From the NCBI GenBank assembly GCA_951406725.2, contig OX597821.1:43958001-44022000 (forward strand): a stretch of DNA of 64,000 nucleotides, written 5' to 3'. The notes under the pieces were generated by a model. The model made no database searches. It had not been told where the DNA came from and was given only the letters and a program-made list of their open reading frames with translations. The stretch comes from Octopus vulgaris (lineage: Eukaryota). Of the stretch, positions 24,500 through 38,157 are shown one piece after another. Numbering within the stretch: the first letter of the stretch is position 1; the number at the start of each line of letters is the position of its first letter. The position numbers and the translations under genes were made by a program.

Positions 24500-26340
24500 G
24501 AAATTGGAATAAGTGCTTCAAAAATGGATATAAATCTAAAAGATCTCTGCCTTTCAAGAAGCTGTTATTACTACAATTCGAAGAAAATTATTCTCACTAA
24601 TCAAAAAGATTCAAATTAAAAAAGTGCGTAATATCTTCCAGACGAATTTAGATACCATGATATGAGAAATTAAACATTCAAACAAAGTCAACGTACAATC
24701 ACACACACGCACAAATGAAAATACTAAGGCGTTGTTATCTCTTACTACAAATTCTTATCTAGCTCGGTCATCAAATCTTACAAGAAAACTAATTCACAAT
24801 ACCCTAACTGAGATTAATGATCAAGGTGAGAAAAATTACTTCTGATTACACCTCAGCAACCATATTTTATTTTTAAAGTGCATAGTTAACTTTGATAATA
24901 AACCCATTGTTTTTTTTTTTTAGATTAATTAATCTTACAAAGACCGACATAGCAAGATTTAGTAAACATTTATTAAAGAAAATTATATCAACTTTTAAGG
25001 TCTTATCACCCTTTCCGTTATGGACTGATGCAATGCATTTATCTAACAGTTCAAATTATCCCAAATAAAAGTACAACTAAATTTCAAAGTTAGATATTAA
25101 AAACTACAGTGTTTTTATCACCAAACCGCTACTTAATAACTTTAATTTCTCTAGATATGTTATAAACATCACGGATTTAAAAATAGACTTCATTCTATAA
25201 GTACATAGAACAACAGTAAATTACGTCCATTAAGTGTAGATTAAAATACAACTTAACATTTTCTTCGATTTTGGTTTGGGCGTGAAAAGTTCAGCTAATT
25301 CAACGAAATCATAAGATTATATTTACTTTCAAAATTATAAAAACTGCTTTCCCTATATTAAAGGAGGTTTTCCCCTCTTTAACTATAACCATTTAATGAA
25401 TGAATAGACCTTGTAAAAATCTATATCACTTTTTCAAAATATGGTGGAGTTCTGATCACAATATTGATTATTCTTACCACTGATAATTTTCTAGGCGTTA
25501 CATTTGACCCAAACAGCTCTTAGTATTGCCCTTCTCTTAATTAATATTTAAGTAATATACATAATGTAACTATACTCAGAACTTTATTCACGACATAGTT
25601 AATACTTCTCTTAGACTTTCTAATCTTTCTGCCAACAAACAAATTTTATCGATTGATTTATGCATTAGATTAAAACTTTCTATATAGAAGTGGTTTCAAA
25701 GAGAAAATTAACTACATTGAAGATACCATGTGAACTGTAAACCATAGAAATAGGAAAAGAAACACTATTTGGTTTAATCCGTCGTTAATTTAAGGAAGCC
25801 ACCACAAGCAACAAAACCTTTCTTCAAATTAATTAAGAAATACTTACCACCAAGGTATATACACGTTAATACAGCAAAAACTTCATACATCCCTAAACCA
25901 CTAATTGGTAAAATTTCTTGTCTCATTCAGCCATTCCAAATTAAATCAACCCGCTACCAACTAAATTACCAATAACTGAAATTACACTAACGCGAACACT
26001 TGTTCCCTTGATACAAATATCTCGATCAGAAAATAGTATGCTAGTGCGCTGTCCAAACCAATAGCAGATCTATACTATAGAGTAACCTCATGTGAATTCT
26101 ATCTAAATACCATTTCGGCCAGTATACGTCTCGAATTCCACAGAGAAGAAACTGCACTTAGCTTTCTTGCAGCACGTTAGACGTCAAAAATAAAAATAAA
26201 CAATAGACACATAATTAAACATCTTATCTAGAGATAAAACTACCCACGAAACAAAAGACCTCGCAATTTTTGCTTCAATAAGAACTTCGAAGGATTTTAG
26301 CAAATTTTCTCTTGACGTAATAAAATATATTAGACTTTTA
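24500..26340 (+). mobile_element. Heavily decayed Penelope-like retroelement RT region (Naiad-type)
   Basis: Fragmentary frames NLTKTDIARFSKHLLKKII (cf. INPAKSEIGRISK), LDIKNY (RT motif A-like) and RKRNTIWFNPS...KTFLQ (cf. RNIIWFNPP). Many stops and indels; boundaries approximate. Confidence 0.6.
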
Positions 26341-26392
26341 GATATTTAGCAAAATATCTAATATACCTCTCTCTCTCTCATATATATATATG

Positions 26393-26457
<65 letters not shown>

Positions 26458-26567
26458 GTATACATATGTATATATATATGTATATACACATATATATATG
26501 TATATATATATATATGTATATATACATGTATATATATGTATGTATATATATATATATATATATATAT

Positions 26568-26953
26568 ACTCTTTTACTCTTTTACTTGTTTCAGTCATTT
26601 GACTGCGGCCTTTAGTCGAGCAAATCGACCCCAGGACTTATTCTTTGTAAGCCCAGTACTTATTCTATCGGTCTATTTTGCCGAACCGCTAAGTGACGGC
26701 GACGTATACACACCAGCATCGGTTGTCAAGCAATGCTAGGGGGACAAACACAGACACGCAAACATACACACATATATATATACATATATACGACGGGCTT
26801 CTTTCAGTTTCCGTCTACCAAATCCACTCACAAGGCTTTGGTCGGCCCGAGGCTATAGTAGAAGACACTTGCCCAACATGCCACGCAGTGGGACTGAACC
26901 CAGAACCCTGTGGTTGGTAAGCAAGCTACTTACCACACAGCCGCTCCTGCGCC
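26568..26953 (-). mobile_element. tRNA-derived SINE family B (CORE-like domain)
   Basis: Minus strand ggcgcaggagcggctgtgtggtaag...gggttcagtcccactgcgtggcatgttgggcaagtgtcttc...gactgaaacaagtaaaagagtaaaagag tail. Confidence 0.9.
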
Positions 26954-27038
26954 GTATATATACATGTATATATATATATGTATGTATACATATATACATA
27001 TATATGTATATATACATATGTATGTATATATATATATG

Positions 27039-27088
<50 letters not shown>

Positions 27089-27134
27089 CATACACATGTA
27101 TATACATGTATATATATACATATATACAGAGCTG

Positions 27135-27305
27135 TATTAGGGATGGGTAGACAAAATATATGGGTGTGGTGATATATAGGTGTGTTGTAGTTTTGCTTGT
27201 AAATTTTGAAGTGGAGGGAAGAATACAAGGATGTCAAATTACTATAAATAGACATGTGCGATAGGTTAGTGATAGGTAGGAATCAAGGAAGAGGAAAGAA
27301 GGTAA
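27135..27305 (-). mobile_element. Fragment of the hammerhead-bearing family seen at 29500-30355 and 59820-60690
   Basis: Reverse complement aligns by eye to ~59821-59995 (ccttctttcctc...tgacatccttgtattcttccctccactt). Confidence 0.6.
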
Positions 27306-27740
27306 AACGACATACGTATGCATACACTTACATACATATACATGTGTGAAGAATTCACTAGAGTGGATGCAAGCGCTAATATATGATTTATAAAAACAGG
27401 TGACATATTAATAAAAAATCTGTAAATATAAAGCCATCCTGATTTCTGAGTACCTTATTTCTTCTAATATATAATACCTGTACATCACCTCCAAACCTTC
27501 TAATATATGCATACTTACATATACGCATACACATATATACAGAAATATACGCACGCCTATACATACACACACACATATGTACGCGCAGGCGCACATGCGT
27601 TTACAGTCAAACGCATGCGCGCATGCAGGTACTTACGTATACGTATATACACATATACACACTCATGAATATATATTTGCATATGTGTATATGTATATGC
27701 ACGCATACATACACACACACGCACATATATATGCGTATAC

Positions 27741-27788
<48 letters not shown>

Positions 27789-27858
27789 GTGACCTCGTGA
27801 GCACCGCCACCAATTTTTTTCCTCTGTCTTCCCTTCTCGGGATCTTTCCTTCTCCTTT

Positions 27859-27893
27859 GTTTCCGACGAAGAGCTCCGCTCGAAACGTTAAAC
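27859..27893 (+). ncRNA. Minimal hammerhead-like motif (CCGACGA core variant) inside a short repeat element
   Basis: gttt CCGACGA a gagc-tcc-gctc GAAA cg TT aaac: stem I gttt/aaac, stem II gagc/gctc, palindromic aacgtt. Confidence 0.5.
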
Positions 27894-28000
27894 CCTCCTT
27901 CCCTTCTTTCCTGAGCGTCCAATAATACTTTATTTGTTCCACGTCCTCGCGTTGCTGTGTTTTTTTTTTGTGTTTTTTGTGTTTTCTTGTTTGGATTAAC

Positions 28001-28051
<51 letters not shown>

Positions 28052-28361
28052 GCATGTACCCACATACAAATACATATATACATAAAATACATATACACAC
28101 ATTTACACACACACATGTATCCGTTTGTATGTCTACATATGTAATATTAAATGATTGTTATCCTTAGAGCAAGGTAGGGGAGTTAGAAAATTAAAGATTA
28201 AAAATTAAAATTGAGACAAGTAGGGTTGTTAGGGATTACCTACAGGATGTTGTGGATATTATACTATGTGGTTATTTAGGTTGTTTTTAGATTTGTGGTA
28301 AATTTTAAAGGTATGAAAAATTGGTGGTTGCATGTGCTTAGGGCCTTATTATATTTATTTA

Positions 28362-28780
28362 TGACCTCAGACGTGATTGTGTGTGATAATGGAACACAAT
28401 TTGAGTCCAGTGAATTTAGAAAATTCTGTGAAATGTTCACAGTAGAACATATTACGATGACGCCTTACCATCTCAGATCAAGTGGACAGGCAGAACGTTT
28501 TTTGATACATTTAAAATAGCTTTATGAAAAACAAACCAGGAAGTCACAGACGAAGTCACTCTTCAACAATTTTTAAGAGTGTACAGGGTGACATCGAGCC
28601 GGAATACACCAGCAGAACTGATTTTCGCGAGAAAGGTAAAATCAGTTTTTGATAAATTACTACCTGGCGAGGAAAGAAAAAAAAGGGCCAGGAAAGACAT
28701 GTCAAAATCTTTCAAAATTAGTGAAAATGGAAAACAGTATTGGAAAGAAGGCGAAATTACAAAGATACACGAAACACAGT
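28362..28780 (+). mobile_element. Gypsy-type integrase fragment
   Basis: SDVIVCDNGTQFESSEFRKFCEMFTVEHITMTPYHLRSSGQAERF and QQFLRVYRVT...TPAELIFARK match the rve core and downstream motifs. Confidence 0.85.
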
Positions 28781-28789
28781 AAATCCACA

Positions 28790-29130
28790 ATACCTACTAG
28801 TCACATACATCATCCCCAAAATAGGAATATTCTCTACATCTTGTCATTGTCCGCAATAGATTCGGAGATTCCATACTAAGATCAACACTCTGCCTGTAAG
28901 TTATGTCTAAAAGAGGCATTCCACATAATAAAACACAGCTCTTCAATACTACTAAATAAATATAATGAGGCCCTAGGTACGTGCAACCACCGCTTTTTCC
29001 GTACCTTCAAATGTTGCCACAAATCAAAATGCAACCTAAATAACCACACAGCACATATCCCGAACACCAGTTAAGTAATCCCCAATAACCCTACTTGACT
29101 TTGCATAGATTTTTTAACTCTCCAATTTTT
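28790..29130 (+). mobile_element. Penelope-like (Naiad-type) endonuclease C-terminus and 3' region; inverted partial copy at ~28180-28361
   Basis: From 28871: PY*DQHSACKLCLKEAFHIIKHSSSILLNKYNEALGTCNHR (CxxC..E..LLNK..E..CxH). 28953-29130 is the diverged reverse complement of 28180-28361. Confidence 0.7.
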
Positions 29131-29335
29131 ATTTTTATTGTTTAATACTACACATATGGGCATGCATACACGTGTGTATGCGTATGTATGTGTATATATA
29201 TATATGCGTGTATATGTGCTTGTGCATGCATGTGCATGTATGCTTGTGTGTGCATATATATGTGTATATGTATGTTTGTATGTGCATGCATGCATGCGTA
29301 TGTATGTGCATATGCATGTATGTGTATATGTATGT

Positions 29336-29389
<54 letters not shown>

Positions 29390-29499
29390 ATGCATATGTA
29401 GGGGTTTAAATACACAAGTTCGCAGGTCTATATTATAGTGTATACACACACACACATATATATATGTACATGTGTGTATGCATATATTAATATACACTT

Positions 29500-30354
29500 T
29501 TCTTTCTTTCTCTCTGATTCCTCTACCCACACTATCACATTAGCCAATAGAATAAACACATAAGTCTTTTTATAGAAACTTGACCATTTTTAATATTCTT
29601 CCTTTCCGTTTTGTGGTTTACTACTTACTTTGGAAACCACTCCCTCCTATACCCTTTTCTGACTAATCCCTTAATGCCATTCTGACATATCACCCCACCT
29701 CACACGCTTCAGACATGTTCATTACTTACATTCTTATCTCTTCCTATCCTTCCCCTACTCCTCTCCCATCCCTCTCTTAATATCTCGACCACCAACTAAC
29801 ACTTTTTCACTTCCTTACACTTTTTCATTTCCTCTTCTTGTTTTCATTTTCTCTTCCTCTTTCTTTCCTTCTTCTTTCCTCACCTCTTCCTTTGACTTCT
29901 CACTTCATTTTAACATACACATCTCTTCTCTCCTCTCTCAAATTTTTTCATTCACACCACAAGACCCCTTTGAATGAACAGCACATGGAATCAACGTCTC
30001 CACACTTTCTATTTGTGATGACAAAACATTAATTTACATACCATGGACAGGAAGCATTTCTACGACTTCTTCACACCACTTTCCTTGGATAATGGAACTG
30101 CAAATATAACATCTTTATACATTTTTATTTCTATTTCTACATTCATTCTCCTATTTCCCTATATACTCTTTATTTGCTTCCTTTTCGAAAATAACTCCCA
30201 TATTGAACTCTAATATTTCCCTCTTTTTAACCATCTCACATCGTCTCTGATGAAGAGATATCCTTAATATCCCAGAAACAGCTGTAAGACTAACTTTTTC
30301 TTTATAAGTGTCCTGAAAATTCCACACAGCCTTGGCTTTGTTGTCTCATTTTAC

Positions 30355-30355
<1 letters not shown>
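29500..30355 (+). mobile_element. Hammerhead-bearing Penelope-like terminal-repeat element (family H2), copy 1
   Basis: Collinear with 59820-60690 (cattcacaccacaagacccctt...aaccatctcacatcgtctc...cagccttggctttgtt) and carries a hammerhead near its 3' end. Confidence 0.7.
30243..30290 (+). ncRNA. Minimal type I hammerhead ribozyme
   Basis: gtct CTGATGA a gagatat-cctta-atatccc a GAAA cagctg TA agac: stem I gtct/agac, palindromic stem III, GUA cleavage triplet. Confidence 0.8.
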
Positions 30356-30394
<39 letters not shown>

Positions 30395-30395
<1 letters not shown>

Positions 30396-30775
30396 TAGCA
30401 GTATCGCCCGGCGTTGCTCAGGTTTGTAAGGGAAATAACTATAAAGCATTTTTAGAGAGTTATAGCCAAAAAATAGCAAAAAAAACAGAAAAAATTATGG
30501 TAAATTTTTTTTTGATAGTTAAAAAAGGTGGAGTTGCGTCACCTACAAAGTTTGTGGTTTGTGTTCCTGATTCTCGACCCCATGTCGAATTTATCGATTT
30601 TTTTCAGAACTGGGGGAACTTTTCAAAATTTTCGCTGCGTTAGTTTTGAATTATGACATTGGGCTATGTGTGTGTCAAGTTTCATCAGAATCGGTTGAAA
30701 GCCGTGGTCAGGGTGAGGGTACAAGCAAACAGACACACAGAAACACGCACAGACAAACTGCCGTTTATATAGAGA
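30395..30775 (-). mobile_element. Non-autonomous Helitron-like element inserted in (TA)n
   Basis: Minus strand begins TC (tctctatataaacgg) and ends ...cctgagcaacgccgggcgatactgCTAG with a subterminal GC hairpin. A|T insertion context, no TSD. Confidence 0.75.
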
Positions 30776-33299
30776 TATATATATATATATATATATATAT
30801 TTCTGTTACGTGTTTTCATTTTCCGTGCACACTTTGCTTTCATGGCTGCCGACCTAATTTTTCTTGCATTTGTAATTTCCATTATTCTAACTGCTGTGAC
30901 ATTCTCACGCTCCTCCCACCTCTCTCTTCTTGCTCCTTTCTATCTTCTCTCACTTTACATTTCACTTTCTACAGCAACGTCATTTTCTACCTATCTACTT
31001 TACCTCTTTTCGTTCCCTGCTTGCCATATCATGCTCTCACTCAAGCCACAACAAATTATTCCTTAATTTTCATCTCGTCAAACCAACAGATGTATCCTTC
31101 TGTGTTATTTGTTTAAAGACACCACCCAATCAACTGGTCATCTTTCCCCCTTCCACGTCGTACTTGTTGCATTACAGTATTGCTATGCTTTATTTCGTTT
31201 ATGAATTTGTTTTGCAAAATTCCTGATGTGAAACCGTGTGTTGAAACAGATATTGTTATATTTCGGGATGGTCATTTTCCGTTTCCTTTTTGCCACATAA
31301 GCACACGCACTATATATTCGATCTTCACACGCTTATTATTGTTCTTATTTTATCTTTTGTCTGGAAATCTTTCGTCGCATATCTGTGACCTCTCCAACGA
31401 CTCTTTCCAGCCACATGTATCCTCCTGCTCTCATTTTTCTTTTTTTTTTCTTACAAGTTACTAGACTTGACTCTATTTTCGTTATCTGTTCTTGCATTTT
31501 CTTCTTCCTAGTCCCTTATACTTTACCACATGTTTTACTCATTTTCGTGTTTCTTCCCCTCTGAATCAATTGCCTAGCAACCACCAATTTTTGATGCCAT
31601 TAAAGTGACAAGTCTATTTCAAGGTGTCAAAACTACCTGAATCCCTGACAAGATGGCTGAGGAGGACTAAATTTTCGTTTGTTCCTCTTATATGTCTTTT
31701 ACATGTTTTGCCGTTAATGTCCACTACTACACAGCGGTTTATGTAGATATATTTGAACATATTTGCACATAAGTGCTTTTAGACATCCATACATGTATAA
31801 GGCTTTACATATCTAGCTGTACCATTGTATATATTTCTTATTATTATAATCACCTAAAGCAATTTCATATCATTTCCCGGGAACTATCTGCATTCTTTCA
31901 CTGTTTCATTACTTCTAGAGTTTACACCCCACCCACACATTCACACATATGTGTGTATGTATGTATATGTGCATGATTGTACATGTGTATATACATACAT
32001 ACATATGTGTGTGTGTATGTATGGATTCATACATGCGCGTGTATGTGTGTGTGCAATCCTCTTGTGTATATATTGACTTTCTAAATATCTTTCTCTAAAG
32101 ATCTCTTTGAAAGGAAATAACAACGAACGTCCTGATATGTGATGTGAGATAACAGCCTGCCTGCTGATTCTGCTTTTTGTGTGTGATATCGATAAGGAAG
32201 CCTCTGATATCGAATACAGTCTACTGTGAATATATCACACAGTGATATTGGCCAGCTCTTATAATTACAGAAATTTCCTGAACGTTTGGTATTAACGCAT
32301 TAATTATTTTGTCTTAAATTGCTCTTCCTATTTAGACATGATCAATGGAAGAAAGAAGACAAAAGGGAAACAGGAGGAGGATAAGAGCTTGAGAGAGAGA
32401 AGGAAGGAAGGAAAGAGAGAAGGTAGGACAAAGAAAGGGAATGATTGTGAGAGTGAAAGAGAAAAAGGAACGAGAGATCGAAGCTTTTAACAAATAAATT
32501 ATATCCTGTAGGTGAGAGAAATTTGTAAATAGCCAAATGAATAAAATATCAGCATATCGTCTGAAGAAATGTTTGTTTTGTGATCTCTTTGTGTGTACCT
32601 GCCATCCAATACTGCACTGCATTCATACACTTAACTCTAGTTGGATCTGTCTATCTAGCTATGAATAGGTACTATAAGGGAAATGTGAGTCGTTAAAGTT
32701 GTTATATCTTTAAACAATAGACCATTAGAAATAATTAGACTCTTTGGCCCCTGGGAATACTGTTTAAAGATTGTGGATCAATTCTCAGATACTTGGAAGC
32801 ATCATTAAAACTATAGACGTTCTGTTAATAAACCAGGGAAGACCATTAGAACTGCAGGCACACTTACATATTAGACCAGAAAAGTGCGCAATTGTGCAAT
32901 TGGCGGTTAAACTTTTAGGCAGTTTAACAATTAATTAGATATGTTCTGAAAACAGAAAAATTTTTTTTTAAATAGTGGGCAAATCATAGAAGCAGGACAT
33001 TAAATTAGAATAGTTTCTAGAATGATGGGCCAGATCCTTTCTTGGGGAGGGCCCTTGCCCAACCTAGGACAGGTTGGGCAGGTTTGAAGGTTGAAAGGTT
33101 TGAAGTAGAAGTAGAGAAATTTCCATCTTTATCTTTCCTCAGCTCAAACTTTAATGTTTTAGTCAGAAAATGAGACTGCCCATGACCATTCATAGGACAT
33201 CCAAGACTAGGAAGTAGGGTCCTCAAACCAGAGACCCTAGCTCAAATACTTGCAACAGAGTGGGATCTTCTAATGGCGCCCAGGGTAGCAGGTGATGGT

Positions 33300-33528
33300 A
33301 TAAACCCTTTAGCATTTAGACCGGTCGTATCCAGCCCAAATATTCTACCTGTTTTATGTTCAAACCAGCCAAATTCAACCTCTCACACCTACCTTACAAT
33401 ATCATTCTTAAAATAAACAATCACATCATTAAAATCTCAAAATTACAAGATACTGCATAATTAATTCAAACCTATGTGAATAAATAAGCATTATATTTGA
33501 CAGAATAATCTGAATTCTAAAAGGTTAA
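33300..33528. mobile_element. piggyBac-like MITE
   Basis: Termini taaaccctttagcatt...aattctaaaaggttaa (degenerate TTAA-CCCT...AGGG-TTAA); a homologous copy is at 48709. Confidence 0.65.
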
Positions 33529-34649
33529 TGTTACTCTCTTTAGCTCTTAATTCAGATCACCAAACCACTGTATGTTCTGTGAAGTATTGCAAATCCTAGG
33601 ATAATCAATGGACATATCTTTAACAGATCAGAAAGACCATTAGAACTGTGGAGAGTCTGTCAGATAAACAAAGAAAAAAATTCTTTGAGATTAGTTAGCA
33701 CTCAAATACAGATAAATTCTTAAAATAGCAAGACCATGGTTAAAAATAGTAGTTATATCATTATATCATAATGATAGACCTAGGACAGTGAAGAGATGAT
33801 GAAAACAGTCGGAGACCTTCAGAAACAATGACTTAGTGTGGAGAGTACAATAACTTTAATTAATCAAGACTGTAGCTAGGAGAGTCAACATTGTTGAACA
33901 ATGTACAACTGACACAGATGAAGGCAAGAAAGACAGAAAGAAAAAGACTAAAATATTTTCTTTTTGAAATAGGTTGATGCACCAAAATCTCAATTATTAA
34001 AATTGAAAGTCTGAAACGGAGTGATGTGGGGGAATATGGTCTGATTGTTATCAGTCTGGCTGTTAATGTTATGTGGTGGTGGTGGTGGTGGTAATGGTGG
34101 CAGGAAGGATATTGTGTTCTCTAGCAGACAGAAGTGACAACTTCAGAAATGCTTTTGTCTTATGTAACCTCCACAGCAAATTCCTTCTTTTATATTTTAC
34201 ATTGTTTAATGTTTTCGATGATTTATTTGAAAACATTTACAATTTATGACTTCAATATAAATTACAATAACTCTCTGTTTCAAACATTCTAATGTTAACT
34301 GCATTCTTAGACACAATGTCAACTTTCTTCTATGGAGGTAGTGTATATAGAGGAATTTAATGTAGTTGTTGTTGCAAATAATATTCCCTTGGATATACGA
34401 TACGCAAAACATAAATAAGCAAATAAATAAATAAAAATAATGGGACAGTCATGGCTAGAAATCCTTTGATCAAAGATCTGCTTAATTAGGGTTAACCTGG
34501 GGCTATGCACCCCGACTCCATCATCATTATCATCACCTCTTCCTCGTCTGCTTTCCTTTTCAGATATGGCATAGGTTTTCTGAAACAGTGCTTTAGAACT
34601 GGTTAGCATTCTTGTTGTCACAAGGACACACACTCACGCATATGCATAT

Positions 34650-35531
34650 AAAGGGTGTTTCAATAAATTTGATATCATTTGAGATGTAAATATCACAGAA
34701 ACTACATAGTCAAAGCAAATGAAACTAAAACTAAATAGGCTTAATGTTGAGCAACATAAAATATATTCCTCCAAATTTGAATGAGAAATTCGAAGGTATG
34801 TAGATTCCATGAATGATTTCACAAATGTTCAATAGGCACACTGCCTGAAACATGGCACACGTCAAGTCAGTAGTCCAGCTCTTCCCAGACACACTGCAGC
34901 ATGTCTTGGGTAAGTGTAGTAGGGATTCTCTGCTCGAGTTCCTTTAGGTTTGCAAGAAGAGTGGGGACATAAACCAGGCCCTTCACGTAGAAGAAATTGC
35001 AAGGTCTCAGATAAGGTGAACGTGGCGGCCATTTCAACAGCACATTGTCTTCATCACCAGCAGCACGCCGGATCCATCCCCCTTCGCAGATTGTCATTGA
35101 GATAAGCCTGTGCAGTGAGCTTCTAGTGAGGTGGAGCCCTGTCTTGGGGTTTCACAAGAGTTTTTGGCAAACCTGCTCAACCATCTCTTCCAATGTTAGT
35201 GGTTGTCCAAATCCTTTTGTCCTGCACAAGACAGCCTTCCTCTTTGAATTTCTTGTGCCATGTCCAAATCTGATTGCCGTTGGTGACTTTTGAGAAAACT
35301 CTCTCACAAATGCACACTGCAGAGTCTTCTCCAACTGTGTTTGAGCACACTCCAACACACAAAACACTTTTTCTCATCCAGTGAATGCCATTTCTATACC
35401 TGAAAAGATAAACATCAAGCATAAAATGTTGACCTGTTTCTACAAATGCTGTTAAAATTTGAAGTCATTTGAACAAGAACTGGCAAAGTTATTAAATTGC
35501 AAAATGGTATAAAATTTTTTGAAATACCCTG
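34650..35531 (-). mobile_element. Internally deleted Tc1/mariner-superfamily transposon
   Basis: Imperfect TIRs agggtgtttcaataaatttgatatcattt / aaatggtataaaattttttgaaataccctg flanked by TA. FCVLECAQTQ...QCAFVREF (HTH) and WPPRSPYLRPCNFF.VKGLVY. Confidence 0.8.
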
Positions 35532-35665
35532 TATATATTATTAATATGATATATACTATGTTATAGTCTCATGATAGCCACATTAGCAATTGGTTTCATA
35601 CCGGATTTGAGAACCAATTCCAACAATCATCAGAAATAACTGAAAGGTATAGTATGGTAAGGGCC

Positions 35666-35708
<43 letters not shown>

Positions 35709-36174
35709 GTGTGTGTGTGTGTGTGTACATGTGTGTGTAGGAAAAAATTTAATGAAATTCTTTTTTCTTGTTTATTTAAGAAAGAATACATTCCTTTATG
35801 TTTACTCAAATTATATTTGAGGAATAGTTAATGCAAAATAAATATGTTCTTTTATGAAAAACTAGCAGGACCTGTTAATATTTCATGGAATTTAATGGTA
35901 AACCTATTGGGTTATTTTGAAAAACTTCATCCATAAAACCGGAGAGCACAGCCTGTGTTGTGTCTCTATGAAAAGATAGTTACTCACCTGCTAACCATTG
36001 AAATGTGAAAGAAATTGGAATCCAATGATTACTTAATGCACTTTATATATACACTTTATATACTTTATGCACAATATTATAGACTTAATACAGAGCACTC
36101 ATAAAATAAAATATGCACTTTTATTTTTCCATTTATCTCATAAACAAACAAAAAATAAATATCCCATACATATA

Positions 36175-36568
36175 GGCACAGATGTGGCTGTGTGGTAAGA
36201 AGCCTGCTTCCCAACCATATGGTTCTGGGTTTAGTCCCACAGCATGGCACATCTGGCAAATGTTTTCTACTATAGCTTCAGGCTGACCAAGGCCTTGTGA
36301 GTGGATTTGGTAGACGGAAACTGAAAGAAGCTCATTGTATATATATATATGTATATGTTTGTGTGTCTGTGTTTGTCCCACCACCATCGCTTGACAACCA
36401 GTGTTGGTGTGTCTATGTCTCTGTAACTTAGCATTTTAGCAAAAGAGGTTGATAGAACAAGTACTAGGCTTACAAAGAAGAAGTCCTGGGGTCGATTTGT
36501 TCGACTAAAGATGGTGCTCCGGCATGTCCACAGTCAAATGACTGAAACAAGTAAAAGAATAAAAGAAT
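36175..36568 (+). mobile_element. tRNA-derived SINE family B
   Basis: ggcacagatgtggctgtgtggtaagaagc...gtggatttggtagacggaaactgaaagaagc...gactgaaacaagtaaaagaataaaagaat. Confidence 0.9.
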
Positions 36569-36805
36569 ATGATACAACCTTTAGTGAAATTTAAAATTGC
36601 ATATATCTGCCACATGAATAAGTGCAAATATTTCATGGAATTTCACTTATGTGCATGCATTAAGCGATAGGTGATATAAAAAAACTTAGTTAAATTTTTT
36701 TTAAAATACACTTTTCACTATCCAATCACTACTGCCATCACCTCCACCACCATCTCTACCACCACTACCACCACCACCACCACCACCATCCCCATCTCTC
36801 TCTCT

Positions 36806-36839
<34 letters not shown>

Positions 36840-38157
36840 TCGCCATCAGAAATCACACCTCTGCTAAAATTATTACATTCACCCCACCTCATACATCATG
36901 CATGCTTTTCATCCCTTTTTCTCTCCTTTCTTTTCTCTTTTTCTCTCTCTTTCTCCCTCTTTCTGTCTCACTTTTCTTTTTCTCTCTCCTTTTTCTTTCT
37001 CCTCTCTTTCCCTTCAATTAATCATGTGAAAGTGTTACAGTTACATTCCCTCTATCTCATGTCACAGACACTTTTTCTCTAATCATGTGAAAACCTTACC
37101 GAAGGGTTAAGTAACGCAATGACAAACAGAATAATTATAAGATATTAAATATTCTTTAACATCAACAAATAAAATTTTATGTATAGAATACAATTTTTTT
37201 AGTAAATTTGAATAATTTTAAAAAATTTGAATGGTTTTAAAAATGAAGAAAAATAACTTAAATTTGCCAGCAGTATAAAATAGAATAATTCAAGGATCAT
37301 ATAGAGATTTTCATACATAGAATATCTGTAGCAGTACTCAGCATTTGAAACCCTGTCTGTTCTGTACTAAGAAAAGGGATCATAGCATATCAGTTTCCAT
37401 ATTTGGCAGTGACAGCCCTTATCAAGAGATCTTGTCCCATATTGCAGCCTATTGTTGTTTTGGTACATTTGTATGGTGGCATGCTCAAATGGAAAATTCC
37501 ATACAATTTCATACAAAATGATGCTTTTAAATTGAGATGCATGGGATATACAGTTGCAAAGATTTTCTTCATTAACCAGCTGCCATGCTGCTCTGTCCTT
37601 TTGTTGAAATATCTCTTCTCACCTACCACAAAGCTTACATTCTCACACACTAACAACTGGTATTCAGCATAACAACTTATGTAAAATACAAAGCAATATC
37701 AATCAGTAAACAAACATGTTAAATCAAATCTAAATATCAAGATTGGTCTTATTTGGGAGCAGCATACAGCCAGACCAAATAACACAGATCTCAGCTTACC
37801 AAAACTACAAATTTATACCAAATCTGTAATGTTATGGAAGCATTAAATGTAATATTGTGAACATCACCAATAAAAAAATACTTGCAAACTCTGTGATGTT
37901 ATGGAAGCTTAAATGTACAGTAATTAAAGCATTGATTAAATAATATTGTTGAAATTTGAATGTTTACCAAAGCAAGATTTAAATTCATGTTTATGCAAAG
38001 TCAATTAAGCAACTGGTGTGTTATTGGAAAAGTTTATTACACAATATTCATGAATTATAGTTGTTTAAATGGTGCGTTGGTTCGTGTGGATAATATCACT
38101 ATATTGAACATATAAAGAGCCACTGTCACTCAACGCAGACTATGTATTTGAATATGT

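Noticed and set aside
31222-31262. ctgatgtg...gaaacagatattgtt as a hammerhead
   Set aside because: Core reads CTGATGT and stems I and III pair poorly.
35981-35990. Perfect minus-strand donor CAG|GTGAGTA
   Set aside because: No plausible upstream exon with an acceptor and open frame.
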